This document shows positions 30,657-41,884 of a DNA stretch of 64,000 nt, piece after piece. This stretch comes from an uncultured delta proteobacterium (GTDB lineage Bacteria; Desulfobacterota; Desulfomonilia; UBA1062). Numbering within the stretch: position 1 is the first letter of the stretch; the number at the start of each line of letters is the position of its first letter. Position numbers and translations under genes: made by a program. The notes under the pieces are model-generated. The model was given only the letters and a program-made list of their open reading frames with translations. It was not told where the DNA came from and searched no databases. The DNA is taken from contig CAVVYZ010000001.1 of assembly GCA_963752595.1 (NCBI GenBank), positions 320,001 through 384,000 on the forward strand, read 5' to 3'.

Positions 30657-32490
30657 ATGTACGGATACCACGGACGTTTTCTGAAAGTGGATTTGGATAC
30701 GCTGACGAGTGAAGACATGCCCATCTCCGAGGATGTGTACCGGAAATATATCGGCGGAGCGACTCTGGCTGCACACCTCATCTACCCCTATGTGAAGAAA
30801 GGTATGGACCCTCTTGCGCCATCGAGCCCGCTGGTCTTCGCCACCGGGCCATTCACCCTCACCTCCATACCCATGGTGAGCAGGTATGCCGTGGCAGGCA
30901 TATCGCCGCTCACGGGCTGGTGGGGAGAAGCGACGAGCGGCGGCGCCTTCCCGTTCAGGCTCAAAGGGGCAGGGTATGACGGAATCCTCATCACCGGCCG
31001 CTCGGACAAGCCGGTGTATCTCTTCATCGACAAAGGCAAGGCTGAGTTCCGGGACGCTTCATCAATCTGGGGTAAAGGACACCTACGAGGTCCAGACTCT
31101 GCTTAAAGAACAGATCGGCCGGGCCGGGCTCGGCATGGCGAGCATCGGGAAGGCGGGCGAGCAGATGGTCAAGACAGCCGCCATCCAGAACGATGCAGGC
31201 CGGTCGGCAGGCCGCTGCGGGCTTGGCGCGCTGATGGGCTCGAAGAACCTCAAAGCCGTGGTCGTGTCGGGCAACATGCGGCCCGAACTCGCCGATCCTC
31301 CCCAGGTGACCGGGCTCGCAAAGGAGGCGCATGCGACCATCAAGCAGAATTTCATCACCATTGCCTATAAAGAATACGGCACGCTCCTGTATTCCGACAT
31401 GGCCATGACGCTCGCCGATGTCCCGGCCAAGTATTTCACCAAGAGCGTGTTCCCGGTTGAAAAGGTCACGGGCCAGACGTTGCGGCAGAAGTACCTGGTG
31501 GAGAACTATGCCTGTGCAGGATGCCCTATCGGGTGCGGCAGGGTGGTGACGGACCTGAAGACAGGCAAGACCATCGACGGCCCCGAGTATGAGACGACCA
31601 TGGCGTTCGGGCCCTTGTGCATGAACTTCGACTTCGATTCCATCATTGCATGCAACCATCTCTGCAACACGCACGGCATCGATACCATCGCTGCAGGAGT
31701 CTCCATAGCATACGCCATGTACCTCTATGAAAGAGGGGCTATTACCAAGGAAATGGCAGGCATGGAGATCAAGTGGGGAGATGCCGAAGCCATCGTGAAG
31801 CTGGTGGAGATGATCATCAAGGGCGAAGGGATCGGCAAGCTGCTTTCCCGTGGCACGCTTGCCATGGCCAGGGAGCTCGGCCGCGACGAGGGAGAGGCGG
31901 CACAGGTCAAGGGCATGGAGCTCCCCATGCACGACCCCAGGGCGTTCCACGGCATGGCCGTCTCGTATGCGACCGGCCCTCGGGGTGCCTGCCACCTGAA
32001 GGGGGACTATTACACCGTGGAGCTCGGCACGGCAGTGCCCGAATACATGATCCTGCCGGGCGAACGGCTCTCTTCCGTAGGCAAGGGAGAGAGCGCGGCC
32101 AAATACCAGAGCTTCAAGGACCTCTACGACTCGTTCGCGCTGTGCAAATTCTCGCCGCTTACCGCAACGCAGATCTGCCGGATCATGAAGGCAATTACAG
32201 GCTGGGATGTCACGCCTGAAGAGATCCTCACCACCGGAGACCGCTCCATCAACCTGAAAAGGGCCATCAGCAACAAGCTCGGCCTCACCAGGGAGCAGGA
32301 CAAGATCCCGAAGATCTGCCTGGAACCCCTGAAGGAGGGAAGCACGGCAGGAATCTCACCGGACATGGATCTCCTGCTGCACGACTATTATGCCTACCGC
32401 AAGTGGGACTGGGACACCGGCAAGCCGACACGGAAAAAGCTCGACGAACTCGGGTTGAATGAAGTCGCCGGTGATTTGTACGGCTCGTGA
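30657..32490 (+). CDS. aor: Aldehyde:ferredoxin oxidoreductase (W/Mo-pterin), frameshifted at about 31074-31076
   Basis: SPLTG, GRCGLGALMGSKNLK, CAGCPIGC, GPEYET, GIDTI, HDPR, RGACH. One extra A splits SIWGK/DTYEV. Confidence 0.88.
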
Positions 32491-32844
32491 GAGGGCAAAG
32501 AAGAATGATAAGCTCATAAAGGCCCGGGCATCAAGGCGGGAATCTCCCCCGCCTGATACTCGGAGGGGGAAAATGAAGGGCGCTTCCCTGCTTGCCCATG
32601 GCCGGCATCAGGAATAAATTTCGAGGATCGGAAACGGCCGGGGGTTTTCTTTTTCTTCAGCCAAGATGCATAATCAAATCGGATATCTCATTTTTATCGA
32701 TTTCCAACCAATGTCAGTATTTTTAAGATTTTGTTGATATTTATCTCTTTTCCTCGATATAGTGCATCATTGTATAAGGGTTATGAAACACAAAGAAGAC
32801 CGGCCCGCTATAAAAACGGCCGGCTCAGCAAAGGAGAGGCATCA

Positions 32845-33222
32845 GTGGAAAACCCGAACCCGTGTCTGACGTGCGGGGCATGTTGTGCATTTTTCCGGGC
32901 ATCATTCTATTGGGCAGAGGCCGATGACACGACGCCGGGAGGCGTACCCGCCCATTTGACCAGGAAGCTCAATGACTTCAGGAGGGTCATGATCGGGATG
33001 GAAGGCAGTACCCCCCGGTGTATCGCCCTTGAAGGAAACATAGGAGAAAAGGTCCGGTGCAGCATTTATGAGAACCGTTCATCCGTGTGCCGGGCTTTCG
33101 ATGCCTCGTGGATAAACGACACGCCCAATGAACGGTGCGACAAGGCCAGGGCTGCCTGGGGATTGCCGCCGCTGGAAGAAGATTCCTGGAGAATACCCGG
33201 CAGCATGCCCAAGGTCGCCTGA
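32845..33222 (+). CDS. YkgJ-family cysteine-cluster protein
   Basis: CLTCGACC...RCIAL...[12 protein letters not shown]...C; AAGGAG RBS with GTG start. Confidence 0.85.
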   Translation: MENPNPCLTCGACCAFFRASFYWAEADDTTPGGVPAHLTRKLNDFRRVMIGMEGSTPRCIALEGNIGEKVRCSIYENRSSVCRAFDASWINDTPNERCDKARAAWGLPPLEEDSWRIPGSMPKVA

Positions 33223-33285
33223 CCGCCTCGACCGGAGAAGATCTCGCCGGTACCTCGAAGAACGGAAGCGCTGCAGCAGAAGAAC

Positions 33286-34484
33286 CTATCCGGGCAATGT
33301 CAGTGCTTTTGCCATATTTCCTCCGAGCCGGATGCACTCCTCGAGCTGGTCCTCATCGGCCGAGCACTTTGCTTCGACCACGGGCTCGATGAGTTCCCAG
33401 GAGCTCTTTTCCGCAAAGGCCCTTAAATTTTTCACTGCGCCCCGGTCCATCCGTACGAGCCGAAGATCCCCAGCTTCCGGTCTTTCAAACCTTTTTCTTC
33501 CAGGAGTTCCACGAGATATCTCATAGGCGGGAACAGACCCATCTCGTAGGTGCAGCTTCCGAGAATGATTCCCTTGTACTGCCAGGCATCCCTGATGATG
33601 TATGAAGGACTGGTGCGGGAGACGTCGTGCATCCTGATTGTTTTTGCGCCTTCCGAGGCAAGGCCGCGTGCGACTGCTTCAGCCATTTTCAGGGTATTCC
33701 CGTACATGGAGGCATAGACAAGGACAATGCCCTGCTCAGCCGTATACCTGCTCCAGAGATCATACTTACCGATGACATACCCGGGTGACTTTCTCCAGAC
33801 CGGACCGTGGGTGGTTGCGATAATACCGATATCGAGGTCCTTGAGTTTAGCGATAGCTTTCTGCACCATGGGACTGAACTTCCCGATGATATTGGAAAAA
33901 TATCGCAGGAGCTCCCCATCGAAGTCCGATGTATTGATCTCGTCATCGAAAAGGCCGCCATCGAGGGTTTTGAACCCGCCGAAGGCATCGCCGGAAAAGA
34001 GCACCCTGGCGGTCGGGTCATAGGTCATCATGGTCTCCGGCCAGTGGACCATGGGAGTGATGACAAAGGAAAGGGTGCGGCTTCCGAGGCGTAAGGTATC
34101 GCCGTCCGAGACGAGCGTGGTATCCGACGCGATGCCATAGAAGTCTTTCAGGAATTCCAGGGTTTTTTTGTTCCCCACGATGTTCATGCCGGGGAACAGT
34201 CCTTTCAGCACCGGTATTGCTCCCGAGTGGTCAGGCTCTATATGGTTGATGATGAGGTAATCGATGTTTCTGCCCGCAGGCAGGGTTTTTCGTATGTTTT
34301 CCACATACTGAGCCAGGTGTGTCTTCTTGACGGTATCGATAAGAGCGGTCTTTTCGTCCATGATCAGGTATGAGTTGTACGAGATGCCTTCGGGCAGAGG
34401 CCACATGGCTTCAAAAAGATCCGTTTCACGGTCATTGACGCCTATCCACGATATATCCTGGGCGATCTCGATCGGATTAATCAT
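33286..34484 (-). CDS. fprA: Flavodiiron protein (FprA family), frameshifted near 33440
   Basis: YNSYLI, HIEPDH, HWPE, FSGDAFG, HG, SMYGNT, GSYGW. Restoring one G gives GGAVKNLRAFAEK...GNMAKALTLPG* with stop at 33286-88. Confidence 0.85.
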
Positions 34485-34538
34485 GCATCACCTCCGTAAT
34501 CGAAACTGTTTTCCTATCTCATTGGGCGGGCACACCGC

Positions 34539-35879
34539 TCAGATCACGCTCAAGAGCTGAATATCGCACACATTCGTGTTCGTAGGGCCGGTAATGAAGA
34601 GCCCGCCTGCCTGTTTAAAAAACCCGTAGGAATCATTCTCTGCAAGATATTGCCCTGCATCCATACCTGATTCAACAGCGGCCTTGTATACCTCCGGGGT
34701 GACGATCGCGCCGGTTGCATCCGTGGGGCCGTCGTTCCCGTCGGTGCCCGCTGAAAGGAAGCACACCCCTTCCATCCCCTTGTTTTCCAGGAAATCGATG
34801 AGAAACGAGAGGGCCATTTCCTGGTTTCTGCCGCCCCGGCCTTTCCCCCTGACGGTCACGGTCGTCTCCCCTCCGGCTACGATCAGGGCGGGTTTAGAGA
34901 AGTCCGAGGCATTCCGGAGCATGTCCTTTGCCAGGGCGCTGAAGAACTTGGCAACCTCGCGCGCCTCCCCTGTAAGGGAAGATGTGATGAAGTATGCATG
35001 GTATCCGAGGGTCTCGCCATAATCTCTGGCTGTCCTGCACGCCTGGGTATTGTTTCCCAGGATGATGTTCGTCACCCGTTCGAATACCGGATCGCCCAGC
35101 TTGGGTGTCTCGGGGATGCTTCCTTTTTTCCCGGATTCGAGGAGTGCTATGACCGATGCTGGAAGCCGGTCTCTGATCCGGTACCTTTCTGCGATACGTA
35201 AGGCCTGGGCATAGGTCGTATCGTCCGCAGCGGTTATGCCCGAGGCTATCGTTTCGGGCCTGTCGCCGACCACATCGGAAAGGATGAGGTTGATCATCCT
35301 GGCAGGATGCGCAATACGCGCAAATTGTCCGCCCTTTACCCGGGAAATATGTTTCCTGATGCAGTTGACCTCTTGGATGGCTGCACCGCACTCGAGCAGG
35401 GTTCTTGTTGCATCCTGCAAATCCGTCAGCGTGATGCCTTCCCTGGGAAGGCTGAAAAGGGCTGATCCCCCTCCGGAAACGAGATTGATGATAAGGGTTT
35501 TTTCATCGGCCTTCATCGCCAGCTCAAAAAGGACTTCCGCCCCGCGGATGCTCCGTTCATCCGGGATCGGGTGGCCTGCCTCCATTACCCTGATCCGCTT
35601 GAGATCTTCGGCCTGTCCGACCCTTGTGATGACCGCACCCTGGGTAACCCTTTCCTTGAGGATTTCCTCCACGGCCTGTGCCATTTTTATCGAAGCCTTG
35701 CCCATGCCCAGGACAATGATGCTCCGATATGACTTCAGGTCCTCATGCAGTCTGCCGTGTACCGAGTCGATGGTGAGGATATCCCCCTGGATTTTCATGG
35801 CATCCTTAATCATCGAATAGGGGTCGACACGCTCCAGAGCTTTGAAAAATATCGAGCACAAATCATTCATCGGGTCCAT
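34539..35879 (-). CDS. Glycerate 2-kinase (DUF4147/MOFRL)
   Basis: GKAS, AGHPIPD, SGGGSAL, GGETTV, GGRNQE, GTDGNDG, TNTNVCD. Confidence 0.9.
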   Translation of the reverse strand: MDPMNDLCSIFFKALERVDPYSMIKDAMKIQGDILTIDSVHGRLHEDLKSYRSIIVLGMGKASIKMAQAVEEILKERVTQGAVITRVGQAEDLKRIRVMEAGHPIPDERSIRGAEVLFELAMKADEKTLIINLVSGGGSALFSLPREGITLTDLQDATRTLLECGAAIQEVNCIRKHISRVKGGQFARIAHPARMINLILSDVVGDRPETIASGITAADDTTYAQALRIAERYRIRDRLPASVIALLESGKKGSIPETPKLGDPVFERVTNIILGNNTQACRTARDYGETLGYHAYFITSSLTGEAREVAKFFSALAKDMLRNASDFSKPALIVAGGETTVTVRGKGRGGRNQEMALSFLIDFLENKGMEGVCFLSAGTDGNDGPTDATGAIVTPEVYKAAVESGMDAGQYLAENDSYGFFKQAGGLFITGPTNTNVCDIQLLSVI

Positions 35880-36150
35880 GAGTTTACCCTTTAAGGGCGA
35901 AATGTTTGCGGGTGCACCTGTCTTTTTTTACTCTTGATGAAAACCAATGCAGCAATATGATTCTTTTATGATAGAGACCTTGGATATTCAAGTACCTTCC
36001 GAAGATAATTCACGGCGCAGGGCGATGAGTCTGTTAATGAGAAGCCTTTTTTTGCTGTGAGAAATCTGGTAACAATGCCTAAAGATCAGGGGGGAATACA
36101 AAGAACATTGCTTGCTTCCGGCTAAGGCAAAGGATGGAGGAGTCTTGCGA

Positions 36151-37029
36151 ATGCAGACGAGTGAATCTACCGTGCGGACCAACGGGATAGACATTGCCTT
36201 TGATACCTTCGGTGACAAGAGCTGTGAGCCTATGGTCCTCATCATGGGCCTAAGCTCCCAGATGATCATCTGGGAAGACGATTTCTGCACCAGGCTGGCA
36301 GCCAGGGGATATTGGGTGGTCAGGTTCGACAACCGGGACGTGGGGAACTCCACGAGACTCGATATGCTCGGCATGCCGAGATTCAAGGATATCATCAAGG
36401 GAATGGGAACCGGCATGCCGTATACCCTCAATGACATGGCAGATGACACCCTTGGTCTGCTGGAGGCGCTCCATATCCCTTCCGCCCATATCGTGGGCGC
36501 TTCCATGGGCGGCATGATCGCGCAGATACTTGCCATGGATCATCCCGAGCGGGTGCGCACGCTTACTATCATCATGTCCTCCACGGGCAATCCCCTCCTT
36601 CCTCCTCCGAAGCCGGAGGCTGTCCAATACCTGTTACGGCCTTTTCCCACGCAGAGAGACGAATATATCGAGCATTTCATCAAGATGTGGAAGATATTGA
36701 ACGGAGGCGAGTTGCCAATGGAGGAAGAACGTCTGCAGGAATTGGCAGAGCGCACCTTTGAACGAGGGGTATCTCCTGTTGCCAGCGCCCGCCAGCTTGC
36801 GGCGATCTTTGCATCGGGAAGCAGGAAGGATAGGCTTGCATCTCTTCATATCCCGACACTCGTTATCCACGGGGAAAACGATCCCCTGCTTCCTCTCGAA
36901 TGCGGCCTCGACGTTGCAAAGAGTATCCCCGGTTCCAAGCTCAAAGTTATCCCGGGAATGGGGCATGCCCTGCCGCCCGCTGTCTGGGATGAAGTCATCG
37001 AGGCAATTGCCGGACATGCACAACCCTGA
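36151..37029 (+). CDS. Alpha/beta hydrolase
   Basis: FDNRDVG, GASMGG nucleophile elbow, HGENDPL, GMGH. Confidence 0.9.
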   Translation: MQTSESTVRTNGIDIAFDTFGDKSCEPMVLIMGLSSQMIIWEDDFCTRLAARGYWVVRFDNRDVGNSTRLDMLGMPRFKDIIKGMGTGMPYTLNDMADDTLGLLEALHIPSAHIVGASMGGMIAQILAMDHPERVRTLTIIMSSTGNPLLPPPKPEAVQYLLRPFPTQRDEYIEHFIKMWKILNGGELPMEEERLQELAERTFERGVSPVASARQLAAIFASGSRKDRLASLHIPTLVIHGENDPLLPLECGLDVAKSIPGSKLKVIPGMGHALPPAVWDEVIEAIAGHAQP

Positions 37030-37080
37030 AGACACATAATAAGTCGGAGGTCTTGATTCAGCACGGGATTTTTCCTATCT

Positions 37081-37176
37081 AATGAAGCATCTCCTGTCCT
37101 GTATCCTCTCCCCGGGGCACCCGCGAAACGGGTTGGGAGAGGAAGAAGGAGTAAACCCCTTAAGCCAAGCTTAAGG
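37081..37176 (+). repeat. REP-like palindromic element, copy 1
   Basis: TCCTCTCC...GGAGAGGA stem with an inner hairpin, plus CCTTAAGC-CAA-GCTTAAGG. Inverted match to 42969-43058. Confidence 0.7.
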
Positions 37177-37225
37177 CGGATTATTTGATTGAAAAGGAAA
37201 ACGAGAAAGGCAAGAGGGATAAGCT

Positions 37226-37735
37226 ATGGGAAAAATACGCAGTACCCTGGATATCGTCATGGATCGGACAAGGAATCTGAGCATGACCCAGGAAGAAAGG
37301 AACAATCTTAAATACAAGGAGCTCGCCGACTCGGCCAAGGCATGGGTTCGGAAATACCTTGATAATAAAATGACCCTGGACGATGTGGACTCGAAGCTCA
37401 AAGATGCCGGGGAAGACCGGCCGGAGCTGATGAAGCTGCTGAAAGCGGAATTCATCCGGGAGATCCGGATCGGAGAGGAAAACGTAAAAATTCCGGATGC
37501 CCTCCATGCCATCTGGGGCATCAGCAGGGATCTGATCATGCAGCGTATTGACGGCGAGCGGGCAAAGCTCCAGAGTCAGGCTGCCGGACAGATCGTCGCC
37601 TTGAAGGAAGGGTTTGAACGGCAGGGAATCAGGGGCAACTCGGTCGTTCCCAACCTGTCCACGAGCAAATCCTGGCAGGATACGGCCATGCAGGCCCAGC
37701 ATCACCTGACTGAGGAGTTGGAATCCCTTTTATAG
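37226..37735 (+). CDS. Hypothetical helical protein
   Basis: 169-aa ORF with GAGGG RBS. N-terminus MGKIRSTLDIVMDRT resembles a family of deltaproteobacterial hypotheticals as I recall them. Confidence 0.7.
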   Translation: MGKIRSTLDIVMDRTRNLSMTQEERNNLKYKELADSAKAWVRKYLDNKMTLDDVDSKLKDAGEDRPELMKLLKAEFIREIRIGEENVKIPDALHAIWGISRDLIMQRIDGERAKLQSQAAGQIVALKEGFERQGIRGNSVVPNLSTSKSWQDTAMQAQHHLTEELESLL

Positions 37736-38377
37736 ATACCTGAACCATTGGTCCTCGATGATCCTGTAGTTCTCCCGGACAGATTCGGCCCCTATGATAA
37801 CTCCGCCGTGGCCGCTGAGGACGTATTCGACATCGAGATTCATGATCTTCTTGATGCTCTGTTTAAGCTGCTCCCCGCTTCCTCCGGGCAGATCTGTCCG
37901 GCCGATCCCCTGCGGGAAAACGAGGTCTCCGGTAAACAGGGCCTTCTTTGCAGGCCAGTACAGGCAGATCGAGCCCGGGGTATGCCCCGGTGTTTCTATG
38001 ACTTCGAACTGATCGTCGCCTAAGGCAAGATCTCCGGATTTGAGGAAGAAGTCCGGCTCCGGGATCTTGTAATATTTTCCGGCGAGTTCCACGATGTAGT
38101 CATAATCCACGAGGCTCATGGTGAACCGGGTAGGGCTCTTCAGGAGCGTCACCGCTTCAAGATGGTCGGGATGTCCGTGCGTTACCAGCGCAATATCAAT
38201 CTTGCCAGGCGTGACCCCCAGCATAGCCAGCCCTTTCTGGACATGGCCGAAGAGGTGGGCATGTCCAGGATCAATGAGGATCTTTTTCGATGAATCGATA
38301 AAGAAAGAGTTGCAGTTATTCTGTGTGTAATCTTCCCAGATAAACGCGGTAAGACCATCAAATATTTTTACCAGCAT
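37730..38377 (-). CDS. MBL-fold metallo-hydrolase
   Basis: THGHPDH, TPGHTPGS, FTGD, GRTDLPGG, GHG. Confidence 0.9.
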   Translation of the reverse strand: MLVKIFDGLTAFIWEDYTQNNCNSFFIDSSKKILIDPGHAHLFGHVQKGLAMLGVTPGKIDIALVTHGHPDHLEAVTLLKSPTRFTMSLVDYDYIVELAGKYYKIPEPDFFLKSGDLALGDDQFEVIETPGHTPGSICLYWPAKKALFTGDLVFPQGIGRTDLPGGSGEQLKQSIKKIMNLDVEYVLSGHGGVIIGAESVRENYRIIEDQWFRYL

Positions 38378-38469
38378 CTGGTATCCTTCCCGGGGATGAT
38401 GGTTCGGCAAGTGCCTGTCGAATCGATCCATCCCCGTACTTGTTTATTATATTATTCCGTAGGCCGGAC

Positions 38470-39048
38470 TTATACCTGGCCTTTCAGCCCGATCGCCTCT
38501 GCTGCTTCCCGCATGCCCATAATGGTGTCTTCGACGAGGCCGACTACATCAACCCCGAGCATCTGGGAGCCCTTGACAATGACGGACCGATCGACCCCTG
38601 CAGCAAACGCAGGCGATTTCCATTTTTTCATCACTGACTTCGCATTGAGGTCCAGCACGCTCTTGGACGGGCGGACAAGGGCGCTCGCAGCAACGAGACC
38701 GGTAAGCTCGTCAATGGCATACAAGGTCTTCTCGATCCTGCTGTGAGGCTCGACATCAGAGCACATCCCGAAGCCGTGCGAAACTACTGCGCGGACATAC
38801 TCATCGGGCCAGCCGTGCTGCTCCAAGATCTCTTTTGTTTTGGAGCAGTGCTGGTCAGGGTATTGCTCATAATCGAGATCATGGACAAGACCGATGATTC
38901 CCCATTTCTCTTCATCCTCACCTAATTTTCTGGCAAAGTACCGCATTACCGCCTCTACGGCGTATGCATGCTTGAGCAGGTTGTCTGATTTTGTATACTC
39001 TTGCAGGAGCTTGAGTGCATCTTCACGACCCGGAGCAGTTTTAGCCAT
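38470..39048 (-). CDS. HDIG-domain metal-dependent phosphohydrolase
   Basis: KH...GLVHDLDYE...H...SH...DELTG, FAAGVDR. Confidence 0.88.
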   Translation of the reverse strand: MAKTAPGREDALKLLQEYTKSDNLLKHAYAVEAVMRYFARKLGEDEEKWGIIGLVHDLDYEQYPDQHCSKTKEILEQHGWPDEYVRAVVSHGFGMCSDVEPHSRIEKTLYAIDELTGLVAASALVRPSKSVLDLNAKSVMKKWKSPAFAAGVDRSVIVKGSQMLGVDVVGLVEDTIMGMREAAEAIGLKGQV

Positions 39049-39478
39049 GGTACCCCCTCCTCATATTATTTATTCAGGTTTCTTGTTTATATAGGGTTAT
39101 ATAGTGGTTTCAAGTTAAAATTTCCCGTGCCTTGCGTTTAATAAATATTATTTCCCCGGGACCTTTTTTAGGGGTGGTTTCGGCTCATACAATCAAAAGG
39201 GACTGTTGCCAAAAAAGCAATGTCGGGAAAAGCCCGGGAGAACCGTCTCAGGCTGAGATCCTGCTGTCAATTTAGGAGAATCCGATTGAAGAAAGATAAA
39301 GGAAAGCGTCTCTGGTTATAAAAGTGTGCATCAAACCTAAGTTTCTCATAAAAAGGGCAAAAATCTCCTTAAAATGAGAAAAAGAATTCACATAAGGGAA
39401 GGGGAAGGGCACTTGGAAAATTTCAAGCATCGATTATACATATGCAATATGACAGGAAATGCATCGGGATATTTCCTT

Positions 39479-39494
39479 TGGCATGGCTCTTGTA
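39479..39494 (+). promoter_or_regulatory. sigma54-like -24/-12 element
   Basis: TGGCATGGCTCTTGTA, 70 bp upstream of ATG 39564. Confidence 0.4.
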
Positions 39495-39563
39495 TCATTC
39501 AAACACGCTTCCCTGTTAGGAAATCACCTATGAAATATCTTTATTACGTAACAGGAGGAAACT

Positions 39564-39908
39564 ATGAGGACACCAATTTTGGGGGTTGCCGCCATTATAG
39601 GCATTGTGGCCGTTACCCTGTTTTTCATTACGACACAGGAGAGTGAAGCACGGATTTCCCAATCGGACATATCATCATCCTACCACCGGTATAAGCTACA
39701 GTATTCCTATAACGGAAAGATCTGGCACGATCTCATTACCATAGAAAACGGAGAACTCTCCAAGAACATGACGTACTTGAGAAGGGGTAATAAATTTCCC
39801 CTGCTCAGGTACTGGTATACGTACATCGATGAAGCAGGGGAACGCAGAGCCGTTTCCATCCCCCTTACGGTGGAAAACCCTCCTGAGGAAAAAGGCCGCC
39901 ACGCCTGA
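39564..39908 (+). CDS. Hypothetical exported/membrane-anchored protein
   Basis: AGGAGG RBS; N-terminal hydrophobic helix. Confidence 0.65.
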   Translation: MRTPILGVAAIIGIVAVTLFFITTQESEARISQSDISSSYHRYKLQYSYNGKIWHDLITIENGELSKNMTYLRRGNKFPLLRYWYTYIDEAGERRAVSIPLTVENPPEEKGRHA

Positions 39909-39937
39909 AGCATCTTACAAAGGAGTACTGCCCCGCA

Positions 39938-41161
39938 TCATTCGATGATTTCGATATCCAACGCAAACTTTGACAGCGGCTCGCATCCGTCTTTGCCGAT
40001 GAGGATAGGATTTTCGTACCGGAAGCCGATATTCTCCTGGGGGCAGGCGTACTGAAGTGCGCAGATGACGATCTCGTTTTCCTGGTAGATGTGCTCGGGA
40101 TTGGTCCAGTAGGGGAGCGGCCCGTCGTTCATACCGATCCTCCATTCATCCCCCACCATCCCGATGCCGTGCTCGAATCCCGGGACCATATACTCTGCAA
40201 ACCCTCTTGTTTCCGCAAAGTCCATCATCTGCTCCGCAATACTCACGGGCGATATGCCTGCCCGGTAGGTTTTCAGGGTAAGCGATACGATATCGATAAA
40301 ATTCCGGGCGTGCAGGAGGCGGCGGTCTGTTGCGGTGCCGAGGAGATAGTTGTGTGCATGGTCGCCCAGGCTGAGCTTGAACATGGCATGGATATCCACC
40401 ATGAGGGCTTCACCGTAGATAAGTTTCCTTGTGGTTGCAGGTGTGCAGGCTCCCCCGGCAAGGCCTGTCCGGTATCCGCTCGCGATCTCGTTGCCGCCGG
40501 TAAAAGACCATTCCCAGACACTCCCTGCTCTTCGCATGGCCAGTGCTGCAATCCCTGCGATCTCCGTCTCGGTCATGCCTTTCCATCCGCCGTGGGATAT
40601 GGCCTCTTTCACCGCTTCATGGCCGCAATCCACAATCCGGGAAGCCTCCCTGAACCGGTTGATGATGCCCTGGTCCTTGATCAGAGACAAGCCATCGATG
40701 ATGTGGTGGCTGTTTACGAACTCGAACCCCGATAACGCCGATCGGAAGCTCTCATACTCGTAATAGGTAAGGTTGCCTTCGGGAAGATAATTGGACATGC
40801 CGCTCTCGAAGCCGATGCGTCCTTTTGTGAGCCCGAGACTATCCAATATGAAATCGGTTATCTGCGTGATCTGGTCCATTCCGCCCACGGGCGCATATCC
40901 CAGGACATGGTCCTCATCCAGCCATGACTCGTCCGCAACCCGGGCAGCATCGATGACAAAGGTGAATACCGTGGGCAGGCCTTCCGCAGGTATCACGACG
41001 TAAGATCTCCAGGGACAGAAGGCATCCGTTACCCACGACAGCGTGCGCAAGCGCGAACCCAGGTAGACATCGATATTTTCCCGGGCCATTATGGCCTGGA
41101 TCTGTATGACTCTCCCAGGGCAGTCGATACCATACGGGTCGTTCAGGGTATGTATTGTCAT
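39938..41161 (-). CDS. M24 (Xaa-Pro peptidase/creatinase) fold protein, divergent
   Basis: Creatinase-like N-domain, LIKD..I, GMTETEIA, VD...GD, HGIG, GFRYEN. Confidence 0.8.
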   Translation of the reverse strand: MTIHTLNDPYGIDCPGRVIQIQAIMARENIDVYLGSRLRTLSWVTDAFCPWRSYVVIPAEGLPTVFTFVIDAARVADESWLDEDHVLGYAPVGGMDQITQITDFILDSLGLTKGRIGFESGMSNYLPEGNLTYYEYESFRSALSGFEFVNSHHIIDGLSLIKDQGIINRFREASRIVDCGHEAVKEAISHGGWKGMTETEIAGIAALAMRRAGSVWEWSFTGGNEIASGYRTGLAGGACTPATTRKLIYGEALMVDIHAMFKLSLGDHAHNYLLGTATDRRLLHARNFIDIVSLTLKTYRAGISPVSIAEQMMDFAETRGFAEYMVPGFEHGIGMVGDEWRIGMNDGPLPYWTNPEHIYQENEIVICALQYACPQENIGFRYENPILIGKDGCEPLSKFALDIEIIE

Positions 41162-41173
41162 CGTGCCTCCTGT

Positions 41174-41575
41174 TCAGTAGAGTGCTGGGATCCCGGCCAT
41201 AACCTTGTTGATCCGGTCGGCCAGAGACGCGAGCTTGAGCGCTTTGACCATATTGCCCTTAACTTTCAGCTTGCCGCTCATGAGCGCCCGCTGGGATGAC
41301 ATGAGCCCCTGGGTGACTTGTGCAAAGAGATCATAGTTCCCGCTGATGACGAATTCTGCCTGGCGGGAGCCTGCATCCTCGAGGGCTACCTCGGTGATGT
41401 TCCCTTCCTTGCACTGAAAGTAGAGGCACCGATCCTTCCCGTCCGGGCAGTTCAGATAGTTGAACGATACCGAGGTGGTGACGTATTTCATCTTCTCGGG
41501 GCTCAACAATTCCTTCAGGCGCTTTTCCACCTCGTCACGCCATGCCGTGCTCAGGTACATGAGCTTCTCTGTCAT
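41174..41575 (-). CDS. SCP2 sterol/lipid-binding domain protein
   Basis: ALMSGKLKVKGNMVKALK; GAGGAGG RBS before ATG 41575. Confidence 0.85.
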   Translation of the reverse strand: MTEKLMYLSTAWRDEVEKRLKELLSPEKMKYVTTSVSFNYLNCPDGKDRCLYFQCKEGNITEVALEDAGSRQAEFVISGNYDLFAQVTQGLMSSQRALMSGKLKVKGNMVKALKLASLADRINKVMAGIPALY

Positions 41576-41884
41576 CGCTCCCTCCTCTTCTCTGACCATA
41601 GGTTCATGCTCGGAACGGCCGGTCTTTCTAATGCCAATGATCAGTAACAAATAAATACCATACAGCTCTTCGGCCAACAATGAAAAAATGAACAAAAAGT
41701 TAATTGATTCACAAACTGACATCTGCCGGGACGCAGTTCTGATCAGGTATGGGCACATGGTAAAATGGGTTGATGCCTTGAGTTTATTCGGTGACAGGTG
41801 ATTCAGTCCCGGCTCTGGCTCGGGAGATGCAGAAAGAATCAGGCTACGCTGCCGGCAACCTGCCGGCAGCGTAGAGGCAGGCTT

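Noticed and set aside
32530-32557. Hairpin AGGCGGG/CCCGCCT after aor
   Set aside because: No U-tract, so not called as a terminator.
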